From a virus, in the IMG/VR virus record IMGVR_UViG_3300012979_000037, positions 1 through 64,000 of that record: a stretch of DNA of 64,000 nt; one strand, given 5' to 3'. The position numbers and the translations under genes were made by a program. This document shows positions 1 to 8,940 of this stretch, piece after piece (the stretch's first letter is position 1; each line of letters starts with the position of its first letter). Under the pieces are notes generated by a model, which was not told the origin of the DNA, made no database searches, and saw nothing but the letters and a program-made list of their open reading frames with translations.

Positions 1-1
1 A

Positions 2-112
2 GATAAAACCACATTAAATATAAACATAACTTATCAAGATGGTAATATAATTGAATGTGATTCTACCGTAACATTTAAGAGTGATTCTGTGAAATTATCT
101 GAAAAACAATAA
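2..112 (+). CDS. 3' end of a gene truncated by the window start (hypothetical protein)
   Basis: Frame-2 ORF open from the window edge to TAA at 110-112; AT-rich phage-like codon usage. Confidence 0.3.
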   Translation, partial: DKTTLNINITYQDGNIIECDSTVTFKSDSVKLSEKQ

Positions 113-190
113 AATTTTTTTACAATATTTTATATATTTAATTGATAATGAAATCACAAAGGATTTCAAGACTTTATTAACTCATAAAAC
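111..190 (+). promoter_or_regulatory. Promoter-like motif (AAAATTTTTTT..TATATATTTA) plus conserved leader element with a 10-codon uORF (MKSQRISRLY)
   Basis: Sequence aaaattttttt-acaatattttatatatttaatt followed by atgaaatcacaaaggatttcaagactttattaa. Near-identical leader copies occur at 13723-13793 and 62273-62343. Confidence 0.45.
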
Positions 191-198
191 TAAAAAAT

Positions 199-618
199 AT
201 GGAAGCAAAAAAGAAATTTGAAATTGGCCAAGATGTTTATGTTGTGTGCTTCAATCGTAATGATAATGAATTTTATTACATTACAGCAAAAGTAATGGAT
301 ATAACATATGGTGACGAAATAACTTATGTTTGTAAGGCTTACGCTGGTGAAAAATTATATAACGTATCTGAAAAAGACGTATTTGCAACATATCAAGAAG
401 CTGAGGAGTATTGCAAAAAATACACAATAATGAAAATTAAAACAAAACCACCAAAAGTCGAATTAACTGATTTTGAAAAACTCAAAATTGCTTATGAAGT
501 AATTCGTGATTTGGAGAATCGCGATGATATTCGAGCTGGTGTTGTAAATAGTATTACTATTGTTAAAAACATATTGGCAAATGATATTGCATTTGATGTA
601 ACATTTAGAAAGGAGTAA
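199..618 (+). CDS. hypothetical protein
   Basis: 139-aa ORF downstream of the promoter/leader motif; no recognisable domain. Confidence 0.55.
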   Translation: MEAKKKFEIGQDVYVVCFNRNDNEFYYITAKVMDITYGDEITYVCKAYAGEKLYNVSEKDVFATYQEAEEYCKKYTIMKIKTKPPKVELTDFEKLKIAYEVIRDLENRDDIRAGVVNSITIVKNILANDIAFDVTFRKE

Positions 619-619
619 T

Positions 620-787
620 ATGGAAACTTTAAGAGTAAATCAAGCGATCATTAGAGAATTTTGCGAAACTCATATGTCTACTCATAGTGACTGGACGGGA
701 ACCAGAGTTGAAACAAAGCATCAATGCGCTTCTGTAGATGAGTTCGTAAAAATGTTAATGACACATATTGAAGATAATCAATTCTAA
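620..787 (+). CDS. small hypothetical protein (55 aa; not in the ORF track)
   Basis: ATG at 620 is preceded by a strong SD (aggag, 611-615) 4 nt upstream. The ORF is sub-threshold and fills the gap before the next gene. Confidence 0.4.
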   Translation: METLRVNQAIIREFCETHMSTHSDWTGTRVETKHQCASVDEFVKMLMTHIEDNQF

Positions 788-806
788 AATACAACGAATA
801 AAAATT

Positions 807-1082
807 ATGAAAGCAGTATTTAAGAAAGTTCTATATGATGAACTTGATATAGATTTTCAAAAGATTTATGATCTAATAGTGCAGAAAACAGGTGAAGATG
901 ATTTCAATGCACTTTATGACGAATTTGCTGATAATGCAAAATATTATATTTCTGAAACACAAGCCATAGAATCATTATTTAATGATTATGGCTTATTGGT
1001 ATCATTTAAAGATAATGAAGATACCATTAATTTTATCATTGATAGTTATTATGTATTTTTAAGAGACAAATTTGGATTTTAA
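807..1082 (+). CDS. hypothetical protein (track start 768; the internal ATG at 807 is more likely)
   Basis: ORF 768..1082; starting at Met 807 avoids overlap with the small ORF 620..787. Confidence 0.45.
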   Translation: MKAVFKKVLYDELDIDFQKIYDLIVQKTGEDDFNALYDEFADNAKYYISETQAIESLFNDYGLLVSFKDNEDTINFIIDSYYVFLRDKFGF

Positions 1083-1084
1083 TT

Positions 1085-1294
1085 ATGAAACGAAAATTTT
1101 ATACAAGTTACGCGCGCGACCGTTATACTGGAGAAACAACTTTTGATAATGATATAATTTTGTTAGATGTACCGGAGAATAAAGAAAAACAAATCCCTAT
1201 ATTACTCCAAGAAAAACTATCCGATAAAATAAACAATAGTACACGCGGTAGATTTTTTCCTATTACTCTTATTAACTTTTGGGAGATTGATTAA
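1085..1294 (+). CDS. hypothetical protein
   Basis: 69-aa ORF, tightly packed. Confidence 0.4.
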   Translation: MKRKFYTSYARDRYTGETTFDNDIILLDVPENKEKQIPILLQEKLSDKINNSTRGRFFPITLINFWEID

Positions 1295-1297
1295 ATT

Positions 1298-1726
1298 ATG
1301 CTAGACTTATCAAAAAAATATCACTTTAAAAAATTCAATCAAGATAAGCGTAGTTCGTTTGCTTATTGGTATTATCACTGGAAGGCATTTAATCTTACAG
1401 CATTTCATCTTGGATGTTGGAAGTTTAAATATCTTTTTCATGACATTGAGAAACCTTGGTTGATGTTATTTTGGAGAAGTTATATTAGAGTACAATATTA
1501 TCATAGAGCACACTCAAATCATCATCTAGAATATGAAGACAAAGATAAAATCGACTGGGAAGCATTAGTGATTGATTGGGAATGTTCTCGTTTTACAAAA
1601 TATGCTTCTCCAAGAAATGCTTATCAAGAGTTATGTTATATTGAATCAAATATTGATCCAAACTACTATAATTTTATTAAAGATAATATGATACCTGTTC
1701 TTATTAGGCTTGGTTTAGATGAATAA
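1298..1726 (+). CDS. hypothetical protein
   Basis: 142-aa ORF. Confidence 0.5.
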   Translation: MLDLSKKYHFKKFNQDKRSSFAYWYYHWKAFNLTAFHLGCWKFKYLFHDIEKPWLMLFWRSYIRVQYYHRAHSNHHLEYEDKDKIDWEALVIDWECSRFTKYASPRNAYQELCYIESNIDPNYYNFIKDNMIPVLIRLGLDE

Positions 1727-1739
1727 AAATTAAAAAATT

Positions 1740-1982
1740 ATGGTTTATTTATCGGTTACTGAAAGGGGAAAAGAAATTTTACATTCTTCCCGTCCTACAC
1801 GAAAAACTCGCCGGGGAAACAATATATATTGTGATAATTATTGGTATAATTATTATGGTTCACCTTATGACGGACCTTATGACGGAATTGTATTACCAAA
1901 GGGTACAATTAAACATCTTATCGGAAGAGAATTAACATTTGAAGATAGACCTGTTTGTTTGCCAAAAAACAAAGTTTATTAA
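1740..1982 (+). CDS. hypothetical protein
   Basis: 80-aa ORF. Confidence 0.4.
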   Translation: MVYLSVTERGKEILHSSRPTRKTRRGNNIYCDNYWYNYYGSPYDGPYDGIVLPKGTIKHLIGRELTFEDRPVCLPKNKVY

Positions 1983-1994
1983 AAATTAAATAAT

Positions 1995-2411
1995 ATGAAT
2001 CAAGATATGACAAACGAAAATATAAATAAATCAATAGAATGTCATGAAAAATTGATACAAGAAATGTTTAAGCTTTATTCAGATGATTTTGAGAAGCGTT
2101 ACATTAAACGAATTTTGGGTAAGAATTGGGTGATAGAAGAGTTTAACGAAGCATTTTTTACAATCATTGATGATGAAAAATCTACTGTAAAAGTTGAGTT
2201 TGATGCATTTGGAGAGATTTGGGTAGATACAATCAATCTGTTTTTGTACGAACCAATATATTTTAGAGACGGTTCTTATATTAACGAATTAAAAGCTATT
2301 GTCAAGCTGTATGAACATAAAGAAGATTTAAAAGAGTTTATCTGTAAGTTTATACAAGCAATAGATCCAATGTTTGAAAGTGTTAGAATATTAAAAACCG
2401 CATTACAATGA
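1995..2411 (+). CDS. hypothetical protein
   Basis: 138-aa ORF. Confidence 0.5.
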   Translation: MNQDMTNENINKSIECHEKLIQEMFKLYSDDFEKRYIKRILGKNWVIEEFNEAFFTIIDDEKSTVKVEFDAFGEIWVDTINLFLYEPIYFRDGSYINELKAIVKLYEHKEDLKEFICKFIQAIDPMFESVRILKTALQ

Positions 2412-2659
2412 GAAATTATCAACAAATAGTAGTATTTGCACCAATGTCAGATGTTTGTTATGATGATTGGCAAGAAAAAATAAATAAAAAATATTTTAGT
2501 TGTGGTGCTCTTGTAGCATTGGAAGAACTTAAGAAAATTTGCCCAAACATTCAGACCACAACAATTGAACAGCTTTGCGATAAGTTTAATAGAAACAGAA
2601 CTTTGGATTTTTCTTATATGAAACTTAATTGGTTTGGTGTAATTTATGTAGAGATGTAA
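2408..2659 (+). CDS. hypothetical protein
   Basis: 83-aa ORF with ATGA overlap to the upstream gene. Confidence 0.45.
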   Translation: MRNYQQIVVFAPMSDVCYDDWQEKINKKYFSCGALVALEELKKICPNIQTTTIEQLCDKFNRNRTLDFSYMKLNWFGVIYVEM

Positions 2660-2661
2660 TT

Positions 2662-3228
2662 ATGATACATAGAATTAAAATAGTAGAATTATGTAAAAAT
2701 AATAATATATCTTCCAAAGAGCATGCAGAATTGATTATAAAAGAAATTCAAAATGCTTTAGATTTATATTTAGAAGTAATATTATCATTTAAAGGTGTCA
2801 AGAGTATATCATTTGAAGCATCAACAATTATTCGTAATTATATTTATGATAATAAGTTAGAGAACTGTATTTATCTTATAAACATGTCTCACTATGTTAG
2901 GCAAATATTCTTTTGCGGTCCTGATACTAAAAAAGAAACAAACGAAATGAATAATACAAATCAAAAAGAACTAAGTAAATTTAATAAATGGTTCCTCAAT
3001 TTTATGAACAATAAAGGAGGGGCTAAAATACTGGTTATGGTCGGTTTAACCTCATTAGCAATATTTTTAGGACCATTTTTCGTGCAGGTATTTAATCTAT
3101 TATGTTCTGACATGAATGGTGCATCAAAAGCTATTGTTATATTTGGTTTAGCTTGTGTAATAACAGTGTTAGTATGTCTTGTTAAGATGATAATTTTAGT
3201 CAATAAACAAACAGATTTTTTCAAGTGA
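2662..3228 (+). CDS. hypothetical membrane protein (C-terminal TM helices)
   Basis: Hydrophobic C-terminal ~60 aa (ILVMVGLTSLAIFLGPFF...VIFGLACVITVLVCLV). Start moved to the ATG at 2662, just after the upstream stop. Confidence 0.5.
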   Translation: MIHRIKIVELCKNNNISSKEHAELIIKEIQNALDLYLEVILSFKGVKSISFEASTIIRNYIYDNKLENCIYLINMSHYVRQIFFCGPDTKKETNEMNNTNQKELSKFNKWFLNFMNNKGGAKILVMVGLTSLAIFLGPFFVQVFNLLCSDMNGASKAIVIFGLACVITVLVCLVKMIILVNKQTDFFK

Positions 3229-3229
3229 T

Positions 3230-3565
3230 ATGGGAAGAAACACATATTTTTCAGAAGAAATAGCAAAAAAGCTGGTAAAAATTGGCTTTTATGAAACAGT
3301 ACAATATTACAAAATTAAAGATAAACTCTATCCGAAACTTCCAGAGCCAGATGAATTAGTAACATGGCTACGGGAAAATAAAAATGTTTATATAGTTGTA
3401 GTACCAGATCCTGATCACCCTCTTAGACATCAGTTTAATTATTTTGTATATGCACCTGATGATTATAATGGTAGACCTAGATTGGTTTTAGAAGGTATTC
3501 ATTTTGATTTTGATAGTGCGACAATTGATGCAATTTTAGATTATTTAAACAAAGAAGTGTTATGA
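3230..3565 (+). CDS. hypothetical protein
   Basis: 111-aa ORF. Confidence 0.5.
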   Translation: MGRNTYFSEEIAKKLVKIGFYETVQYYKIKDKLYPKLPEPDELVTWLRENKNVYIVVVPDPDHPLRHQFNYFVYAPDDYNGRPRLVLEGIHFDFDSATIDAILDYLNKEVL

Positions 3566-3783
3566 AAAAATATAGTTGTAGAGTATTTAAAAATTTAGAT
3601 GATTTGTTATACTGGTTAAATAAAGAGCAAAAATACATTAATGTAGTAAGTATAATGTACGTGGATAGTAGTTTCCCTTATGAAGTTATTTTTTACACAG
3701 AAGCACAAAAATATTTTGAAGATTTTAAGAATAAAACGATAGAAGAAATAGATAAAAATTTGATGAATTATGAAAAACTATAG
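3562..3783 (+). CDS. hypothetical protein; paralog of the next small ORF
   Basis: 73-aa ORF. The motif YxW(L)N.EQ.INVVS..Y is shared with ORF 3770..3934. Confidence 0.5.
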   Translation: MKKYSCRVFKNLDDLLYWLNKEQKYINVVSIMYVDSSFPYEVIFYTEAQKYFEDFKNKTIEEIDKNLMNYEKL

Positions 3784-3934
3784 TTACCAATGGTTTAAAG
3801 ACGAAAACCAAATGTTAGAATGGTTAAATAGTAATCAAGAGATTAACGTGGTAAGTGTAATTTATCTTGAGCGTAATTTAAGTTATCGAGTGTTTTATTA
3901 CATTGAAGAAGAATTTAAGAATGGTCGTGAATAA
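3770..3934 (+). CDS. small hypothetical protein (54 aa; sub-threshold tandem paralog of 3562..3783)
   Basis: The translation MKNYSYQWFKDENQMLEWLNSNQEINVVSVIYLERNLSYRVFYY matches the upstream gene MKKYSCRVFKNLDDLLYWLNKEQKYINVVSIMYVDSSFPYEVIFY. Confidence 0.4.
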   Translation: MKNYSYQWFKDENQMLEWLNSNQEINVVSVIYLERNLSYRVFYYIEEEFKNGRE

Positions 3935-3938
3935 ACAT

Positions 3939-4256
3939 ATGGAAAGAGTAACAGAACAAAATATACAAAGATTTTACGAAGGTAGTAAAATTTTTCATGT
4001 AAGTCCATTAGATGGAAAAGAGTCTATTTATCGTTACGTAATGGTAGATGGTGATTATATTATTGTTAGAGAACTTAATTTGCTTGCATTGTTATCAGAA
4101 CAATGGGGGGATATTACATCGCTTACGGAATCGCAAATATTTAACTGTAATTTCTATTTCTTTGATGAGAAAAAAGTATTAGAGAAGCAAATTGAATGGC
4201 ACGAAAATGAAATAAGAAGGTTGCAAAATAAAATTGATACTATTTATTGTGTTTAA
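3939..4256 (+). CDS. hypothetical protein (track start 3903)
   Basis: ORF 3903..4256; the Met at 3939 follows the stop of the small paralog. Confidence 0.45.
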   Translation: MERVTEQNIQRFYEGSKIFHVSPLDGKESIYRYVMVDGDYIIVRELNLLALLSEQWGDITSLTESQIFNCNFYFFDEKKVLEKQIEWHENEIRRLQNKIDTIYCV

Positions 4257-4306
4257 TTTTGTTCAGAAATTTAATATATTATATTGTAACTAAAATTTAA
4301 AAAGAT

Positions 4307-4735
4307 ATGACATTAATTCAAATTTATTTTATTATAGCTGGAATAATTTTATTGGGTAAGTTTTTGTTTAAACTTTTTACCTTTAATTATCTAAAACGCT
4401 TTATTAGTGAGAATAAAGAAACCATAGACGAATTACTTATATATGAACCCAAATTAAAAAGTACTGAAAAACAACATATATATCTTATAAAGGAAGGTTC
4501 ATTAACATATAGTGATTTAATAATTTACCATTTTTCAACAAATTCAATAAAATATGAAGATTATTCGGATGAAATGAATACGTTCTTAATAGATGATGCG
4601 TCATGTTTCGAAATAATACTATATATTTTATTTGCTTTATTCTGGATAATCTCGATTCCTTGTGTATTGCTTTGTATGTTGATAGGATGGTTCGGAGAAA
4701 GGTTCGATAAATTTGCTAAATCTATTTTATCATGA
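4307..4735 (+). CDS. hypothetical membrane protein
   Basis: Hydrophobic segments at the N-terminus and C-terminus. Confidence 0.5.
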   Translation: MTLIQIYFIIAGIILLGKFLFKLFTFNYLKRFISENKETIDELLIYEPKLKSTEKQHIYLIKEGSLTYSDLIIYHFSTNSIKYEDYSDEMNTFLIDDASCFEIILYILFALFWIISIPCVLLCMLIGWFGERFDKFAKSILS

Positions 4736-5388
4736 ATTACGACGAATACGGAGACCCAATAAGTGGTTGTCATAAGAGACGATTAGCAAAGGTAACACTC
4801 TATCTTGAGGTGCCTTCAGTTAATCCAGAAACTGAAACCTGGTATACAGAAGGTGAACTTTGTAAGCAAATTGAAGATAATCTACCAGAAGGTTTTGAAA
4901 CAACTTCATGGTCAGATATTAACATATCAGATATTGAAGGAGATGACCAATCTAAGTTTAAGAACCCAGTTGGTTTTCTTGCCCCTGATGGTAAGTTCTT
5001 CTTGATTGAAACCGAAGAGAATGGATTAGCACATTTAGCTCTTGCACGACGCGTTCATGATTTATATGAACCTACAATTACAGAACGTATTTACGGTGTG
5101 TCTTATGAACAATGGTTAGAAAATGCCGGATTTATTAAGGTTCATTGTTCAGAAGTTCGTTATTTTGCTAATAAGCATTATTCAGGTTTTTGGGATCAAC
5201 CAGATGTAAAGACTCCAAAGGTTACAGAACAACAACGCAAAGCTCTTTATGAGTATTTCAAAACTCATAGAAAGTTTGCACAAATAGCTTCAATTAATGA
5301 TTATAATATGTATCGCAAAAATATACCGGTTACTAAGTGGTTAAGAGAAGCAGACGATATTCAATTTCAAAAAACTTTTGAGCTTTAA
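4732..5388 (+). CDS. hypothetical protein
   Basis: 218-aa ORF with ATGA overlap; local GC and codon usage are less AT-biased than the neighbours. Confidence 0.55.
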   Translation: MNYDEYGDPISGCHKRRLAKVTLYLEVPSVNPETETWYTEGELCKQIEDNLPEGFETTSWSDINISDIEGDDQSKFKNPVGFLAPDGKFFLIETEENGLAHLALARRVHDLYEPTITERIYGVSYEQWLENAGFIKVHCSEVRYFANKHYSGFWDQPDVKTPKVTEQQRKALYEYFKTHRKFAQIASINDYNMYRKNIPVTKWLREADDIQFQKTFEL

Positions 5389-5412
5389 AAGTGGAGTTAT
5401 CTCCACTTTTTT
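5389..5412 (+). terminator. rho-independent terminator
   Basis: Hairpin gtggagttatctccac followed by TTTTTT, directly after the stop of 4732..5388. Confidence 0.6.
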
Positions 5413-5423
5413 ATGTTATATAT

Positions 5424-5458
5424 AAAAGTTTTTTCAAGTTTTTTATATATTTATATAG
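5424..5458 (+). promoter_or_regulatory. Recurrent promoter-like motif
   Basis: Sequence taaaagttttttcaagttttttatatatttatata lies about 20 nt upstream of ATG 5478. Confidence 0.45.
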
Positions 5459-5477
5459 AACTTAATAAATAAATAAT

Positions 5478-5855
5478 ATGAGCAAAGTAAAGAAATACAA
5501 CGTAACGACAAGACTTGAAGGTTTATTTGGTAAGAACTATAAGGAGCATATCCAAGTTGGTAAGAAGTTCTGGTGGTTCTTTGATGGTAATTCAGAGGTG
5601 TTTAAGTTGACCAATCAGCATTGGAATAAGTTGGAAGTTACTTACATTCGTGCTGGAGTTGTTTTCTATACTATTGAGAACGTTGATGGTGAATATCATT
5701 TCGAGATAGATTCAATTATGGCTATGCAATTAGAACCAGAATTTTTAGATCCACAAAAGGATTTGGGTTCAACTATTGAGCATCTCGAAATGTTCTACTT
5801 TAATTCAGAAAGAACGCAAATTATAAACTTTGAAAATACTGAGTATTATGGATAA
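5478..5855 (+). CDS. hypothetical protein
   Basis: 125-aa ORF. Confidence 0.55.
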   Translation: MSKVKKYNVTTRLEGLFGKNYKEHIQVGKKFWWFFDGNSEVFKLTNQHWNKLEVTYIRAGVVFYTIENVDGEYHFEIDSIMAMQLEPEFLDPQKDLGSTIEHLEMFYFNSERTQIINFENTEYYG

Positions 5856-6063
5856 AAAGGCGGAACAATATTGGATGGACCACGAGTTATATCGTTTTGT
5901 TAAATCTGTTTCTTCATTCGATATAAGCACCGGGTATTGCCAAAATAAAAATGCTATAATCGGAACAGTTGAACATAATGGCTGGAAATTTTCGGTAGTA
6001 AACAACGGAACTATTAAGTACATTACTCCAACCGGTGAAAAAAGTTATTTCATTATTAATTAA
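5830..6063 (+). CDS. hypothetical protein, copy A of a duplicated gene
   Basis: 77 aa; about 75% identical to ORF 6922..7161 and lies within a ~270-bp direct repeat. Confidence 0.5.
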   Translation: MKILSIMDKKAEQYWMDHELYRFVKSVSSFDISTGYCQNKNAIIGTVEHNGWKFSVVNNGTIKYITPTGEKSYFIIN

Positions 6064-6076
6064 AATATTTATAAAT

Positions 6077-6253
6077 ATGAAAACTATTTTAGGATATTGT
6101 TTATCAAACAAGGAGCACAAAAAAGACGTAATTTGGTGTGATAAATGTGGATGTGTATTTTCACATGATCCAGAAGATTCTTATATAGGAGTTTCTACGG
6201 GTAATTCCATTAAATGTCCAAATTGTAATAAACTATTAAAAGCATATATATGA
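6077..6253 (+). CDS. small Zn-ribbon protein (CxxC...CxxC)
   Basis: Motifs CDKCGC...CPNCN. Start taken at the ATG at 6077, after the stop of copy A. Confidence 0.4.
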   Translation: MKTILGYCLSNKEHKKDVIWCDKCGCVFSHDPEDSYIGVSTGNSIKCPNCNKLLKAYI

Positions 6254-6660
6254 GACTAGTAACTAACGTAATGAGAGGAGATTTTCTCCAAGATATTTAT
6301 GAGAACATTGGTTTTGTTTATAAAATCGATGAAACGATTCATATTCAATTATTGGAAGGTCCAGATGTAGGTCAAACCGCTTATAATTCGATCTCACCTG
6401 TTAAATTGACTGAGAATTTTTTAAAGAAAAACATGGATCTTAGTGATTACCACGGTGAAGTTGAAAATGATTTTAACGAATATTTATATGAAGATTCGGA
6501 TCCAGACGGTGTCGGAATATATGTAAGAGCATATAATGACGGTACATTTTATGTAGAAGCTACGGACAGAACTGGTAATTATTCTAAAGATATTCAATTT
6601 ATTCATGAGCTTCAACACATATTTAAAGAATTTAACGTTAAAAAAGATTGGGTATTATGA
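6250..6660 (+). CDS. hypothetical protein
   Basis: 136-aa ORF. Confidence 0.5.
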   Translation: MRLVTNVMRGDFLQDIYENIGFVYKIDETIHIQLLEGPDVGQTAYNSISPVKLTENFLKKNMDLSDYHGEVENDFNEYLYEDSDPDGVGIYVRAYNDGTFYVEATDRTGNYSKDIQFIHELQHIFKEFNVKKDWVL

Positions 6661-6899
6661 TTTTAGCTTGGATTTGTATAGGACTTGGATTGATAGGATT
6701 GTTGTTTGTAATTAACTTTCTTGTTAAAATGCACAATTGGAAATTGCGTGGTTATGAAGAAACACACCAAGCACTAATGAAAGGTAAATTAGGAGAAGTA
6801 AAAGATCCTTCGGAAATGACTTTTAATAATATTGAAAATAGAATGTATCACATTGGTGCTTGGGAAGCATATCGTGATTTTAGAAGTATGTTTAATTAA
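6648..6899 (+). CDS. hypothetical membrane protein
   Basis: N-terminal TM helix (ILAWICIGLGLIGLLFVINFL). Confidence 0.45.
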   Translation: MGIMILAWICIGLGLIGLLFVINFLVKMHNWKLRGYEETHQALMKGKLGEVKDPSEMTFNNIENRMYHIGAWEAYRDFRSMFN

Positions 6900-6921
6900 G
6901 GAAGAACATAAAATATAAACT

Positions 6922-7161
6922 TTGAAAATACAGAATATTATGGATAAAAAGGCGGAACAATATTGGATGGATCATGAGTTATATCGTTTTATCAAATACT
7001 CCTACATGTTCTGTAAAAGATCAGGATCAGGATATTGTATAAATAAAAACACCATAATTGGAACAGTTGATTATAATGGTTGGAAATTTTCAGTAGTAAA
7101 CAACGGAACTATTAAGTACATTGCCCCGACTGGTGAAAATGGTTATTTCATTGTTAATTAA
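6922..7161 (+). CDS. hypothetical protein, copy B of a duplicated gene
   Basis: 79 aa; the MDKKAEQYWMDHELYRF...GWKFSVVNNGTIKYI core is shared with ORF 5830..6063. Confidence 0.5.
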   Translation: MKIQNIMDKKAEQYWMDHELYRFIKYSYMFCKRSGSGYCINKNTIIGTVDYNGWKFSVVNNGTIKYIAPTGENGYFIVN

Positions 7162-7168
7162 AACGTAT

Positions 7169-7558
7169 ATGAGACTAGCAGATAACATTATGGATTCAAT
7201 TTATAAAAAATACTATACAACTGAAATTCTTGAGAAGATTGAGAAGTTTGGTTATGACGAAGAATGTAGTTTCCATTCAATTGATTGTGATGATCCATTG
7301 GATTTAGACGCTGATGTTGTAGCAATACCAACACCAGAAGAGTTCTTTAATTGGATATTGAATAGATATCAATTTTATATTTCTATCATACCAGAAGATG
7401 ATTATAAACATGGTGTAGTTTTCAGATATAATATTTACAAACGTGATTATGATGATCATTTTAATTTGAAACTGTCTAAATCTGATTTCAGAACGCATAA
7501 TGAAGCAGTTGAGAATGCTATTTACGATTTGTTGATGAATTTTGAACCAAATCGGTGA
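7169..7558 (+). CDS. hypothetical protein (track start 7121)
   Basis: ORF 7121..7558; the Met at 7169 follows the stop of copy B. Confidence 0.45.
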   Translation: MRLADNIMDSIYKKYYTTEILEKIEKFGYDEECSFHSIDCDDPLDLDADVVAIPTPEEFFNWILNRYQFYISIIPEDDYKHGVVFRYNIYKRDYDDHFNLKLSKSDFRTHNEAVENAIYDLLMNFEPNR

Positions 7559-7687
7559 ACAAATGGAAATTGAAGATTAGTAAAAATTATGAACTCCTTT
7601 AGAAGATTATGTGTTAAAGTTTATCTTTGGATATGCGTTTACATTTTTAAAGTAGACAAAAAAAAACAAAGATATTTAGGAAAACAA

Positions 7688-7888
7688 ATGTGGCTTACTG
7701 TCAATAAAGATGGTCAAGAAGTCCTTATTTATAGTGATGCAGAACCTATTAGAATGACAGATGGACATTGGTTACCTAATGATGAAGATACAATATTGGA
7801 AAATGACATGGTATATCTTTATAATGGGTTTATTGAAAGAAACTTAGGTGAAAAACTCGAATGGGAAGATGATGCAGTCGAATATTAA
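7688..7888 (+). CDS. hypothetical protein (track start 7589; later Met more likely)
   Basis: The N-terminal 33 aa of the track ORF are low-complexity and contain an A9 tract; MWLTVNKDGQEV... looks like the real start. Confidence 0.35.
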   Translation: MWLTVNKDGQEVLIYSDAEPIRMTDGHWLPNDEDTILENDMVYLYNGFIERNLGEKLEWEDDAVEY

Positions 7889-7900
7889 AATATAAGTATT

Positions 7901-8179
7901 ATGAATTTTTTAGAAATAATGGGATTGATCTTTGTATCAATGTTTAGTTTAGCTTTTATTGGAGCATTTATATTTTTTTGGATTCCAGAGATTAAAGATT
8001 TTTTGTACGGTTTATTTACATGGCAAAAGAAGGTGCCTGTTTATAGAGATATTGGTAATAATCAATTTTCAAATGTATTTGCTGCGATGTTCCCTGTAGA
8101 TCATTACGAATGGGTAAAAAGAAAATCATTAAAGGAAGAAATAAAAGAATGGTTTATTAAGAAAAAATATCATAGTTAA
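7901..8179 (+). CDS. hypothetical membrane protein
   Basis: N-terminal TM helix. Confidence 0.45.
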   Translation: MNFLEIMGLIFVSMFSLAFIGAFIFFWIPEIKDFLYGLFTWQKKVPVYRDIGNNQFSNVFAAMFPVDHYEWVKRKSLKEEIKEWFIKKKYHS

Positions 8180-8197
8180 AGAAAAGATTGATAGCGT

Positions 8198-8428
8198 ATG
8201 TTAATTTTACTTAAAATTATATATTTTATTCTTGAAATTTTAACTCGATATTTGTTGATGCCATTTGCAGCTTTGAGTGTAAAAGTATTTGAATTAGAGG
8301 AAAAAATTCAAAATAAATTTGTGTATTATTTAATCTTAATTCCACAATATTTAATATTTCCAATTACATTATTGTGGATAGTATTAACCATTTGGGAGTT
8401 AAATATACAAGAAAAAATTAAATATTAG
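8198..8428 (+). CDS. hypothetical small membrane protein
   Basis: Hydrophobic 76-aa ORF. Confidence 0.35.
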   Translation: MLILLKIIYFILEILTRYLLMPFAALSVKVFELEEKIQNKFVYYLILIPQYLIFPITLLWIVLTIWELNIQEKIKY

Positions 8429-8437
8429 TGAAACTAT

Positions 8438-8917
8438 ATGGAAAATCAAACAATAGAAAAAATGACTCTTTCGGAAGAACAAAAAGAACTTATACGTTCA
8501 CTTTTTAAGGCTGGTACTCATGGTGTAAAATGGGATAGTTTTATCGTAGGAAACACTTATTATGTTAATTCCTTAGAAGAACTTGAAGCTGCGTTTAATG
8601 AGGATGATTTGAGAATGATAGTTTGCTACGAACTTAGTCCTTATAGTAGTATACGAGAATTATTAAGTGCATCTAAAAATCACGGACCATATGTTAAGAC
8701 GTCTGGTGAGCGATATTATTTGATAACTTCTATCTATAAAATTAATGATAGTGATAATGATTGTCGTGTAGCTTTAGAAGGTAATCACAAAGGTAATTTG
8801 AATTTTAAAGAACTTTTAAATACCTGTAAATGGCAAGATGGAACATATTGTGGAAAGCAAAGTAATGATGTATTCAGATGGTCACGTTTTAGTGGAGTAA
8901 TAACAATGAATGTTTAA
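8438..8917 (+). CDS. hypothetical protein
   Basis: 159-aa ORF. Confidence 0.5.
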   Translation: MENQTIEKMTLSEEQKELIRSLFKAGTHGVKWDSFIVGNTYYVNSLEELEAAFNEDDLRMIVCYELSPYSSIRELLSASKNHGPYVKTSGERYYLITSIYKINDSDNDCRVALEGNHKGNLNFKELLNTCKWQDGTYCGKQSNDVFRWSRFSGVITMNV

Positions 8918-8940
8918 AATAATTGACAAACAAATAAAAA

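Noticed and set aside
7655-7670. A9 homopolymer considered as a frameshift or slippage site
   Set aside because: It lies in the probable 5' leader of gene 7688..7888 (the track ORF extension 7589..7687 looks non-coding), so there is no disrupted frame to explain.
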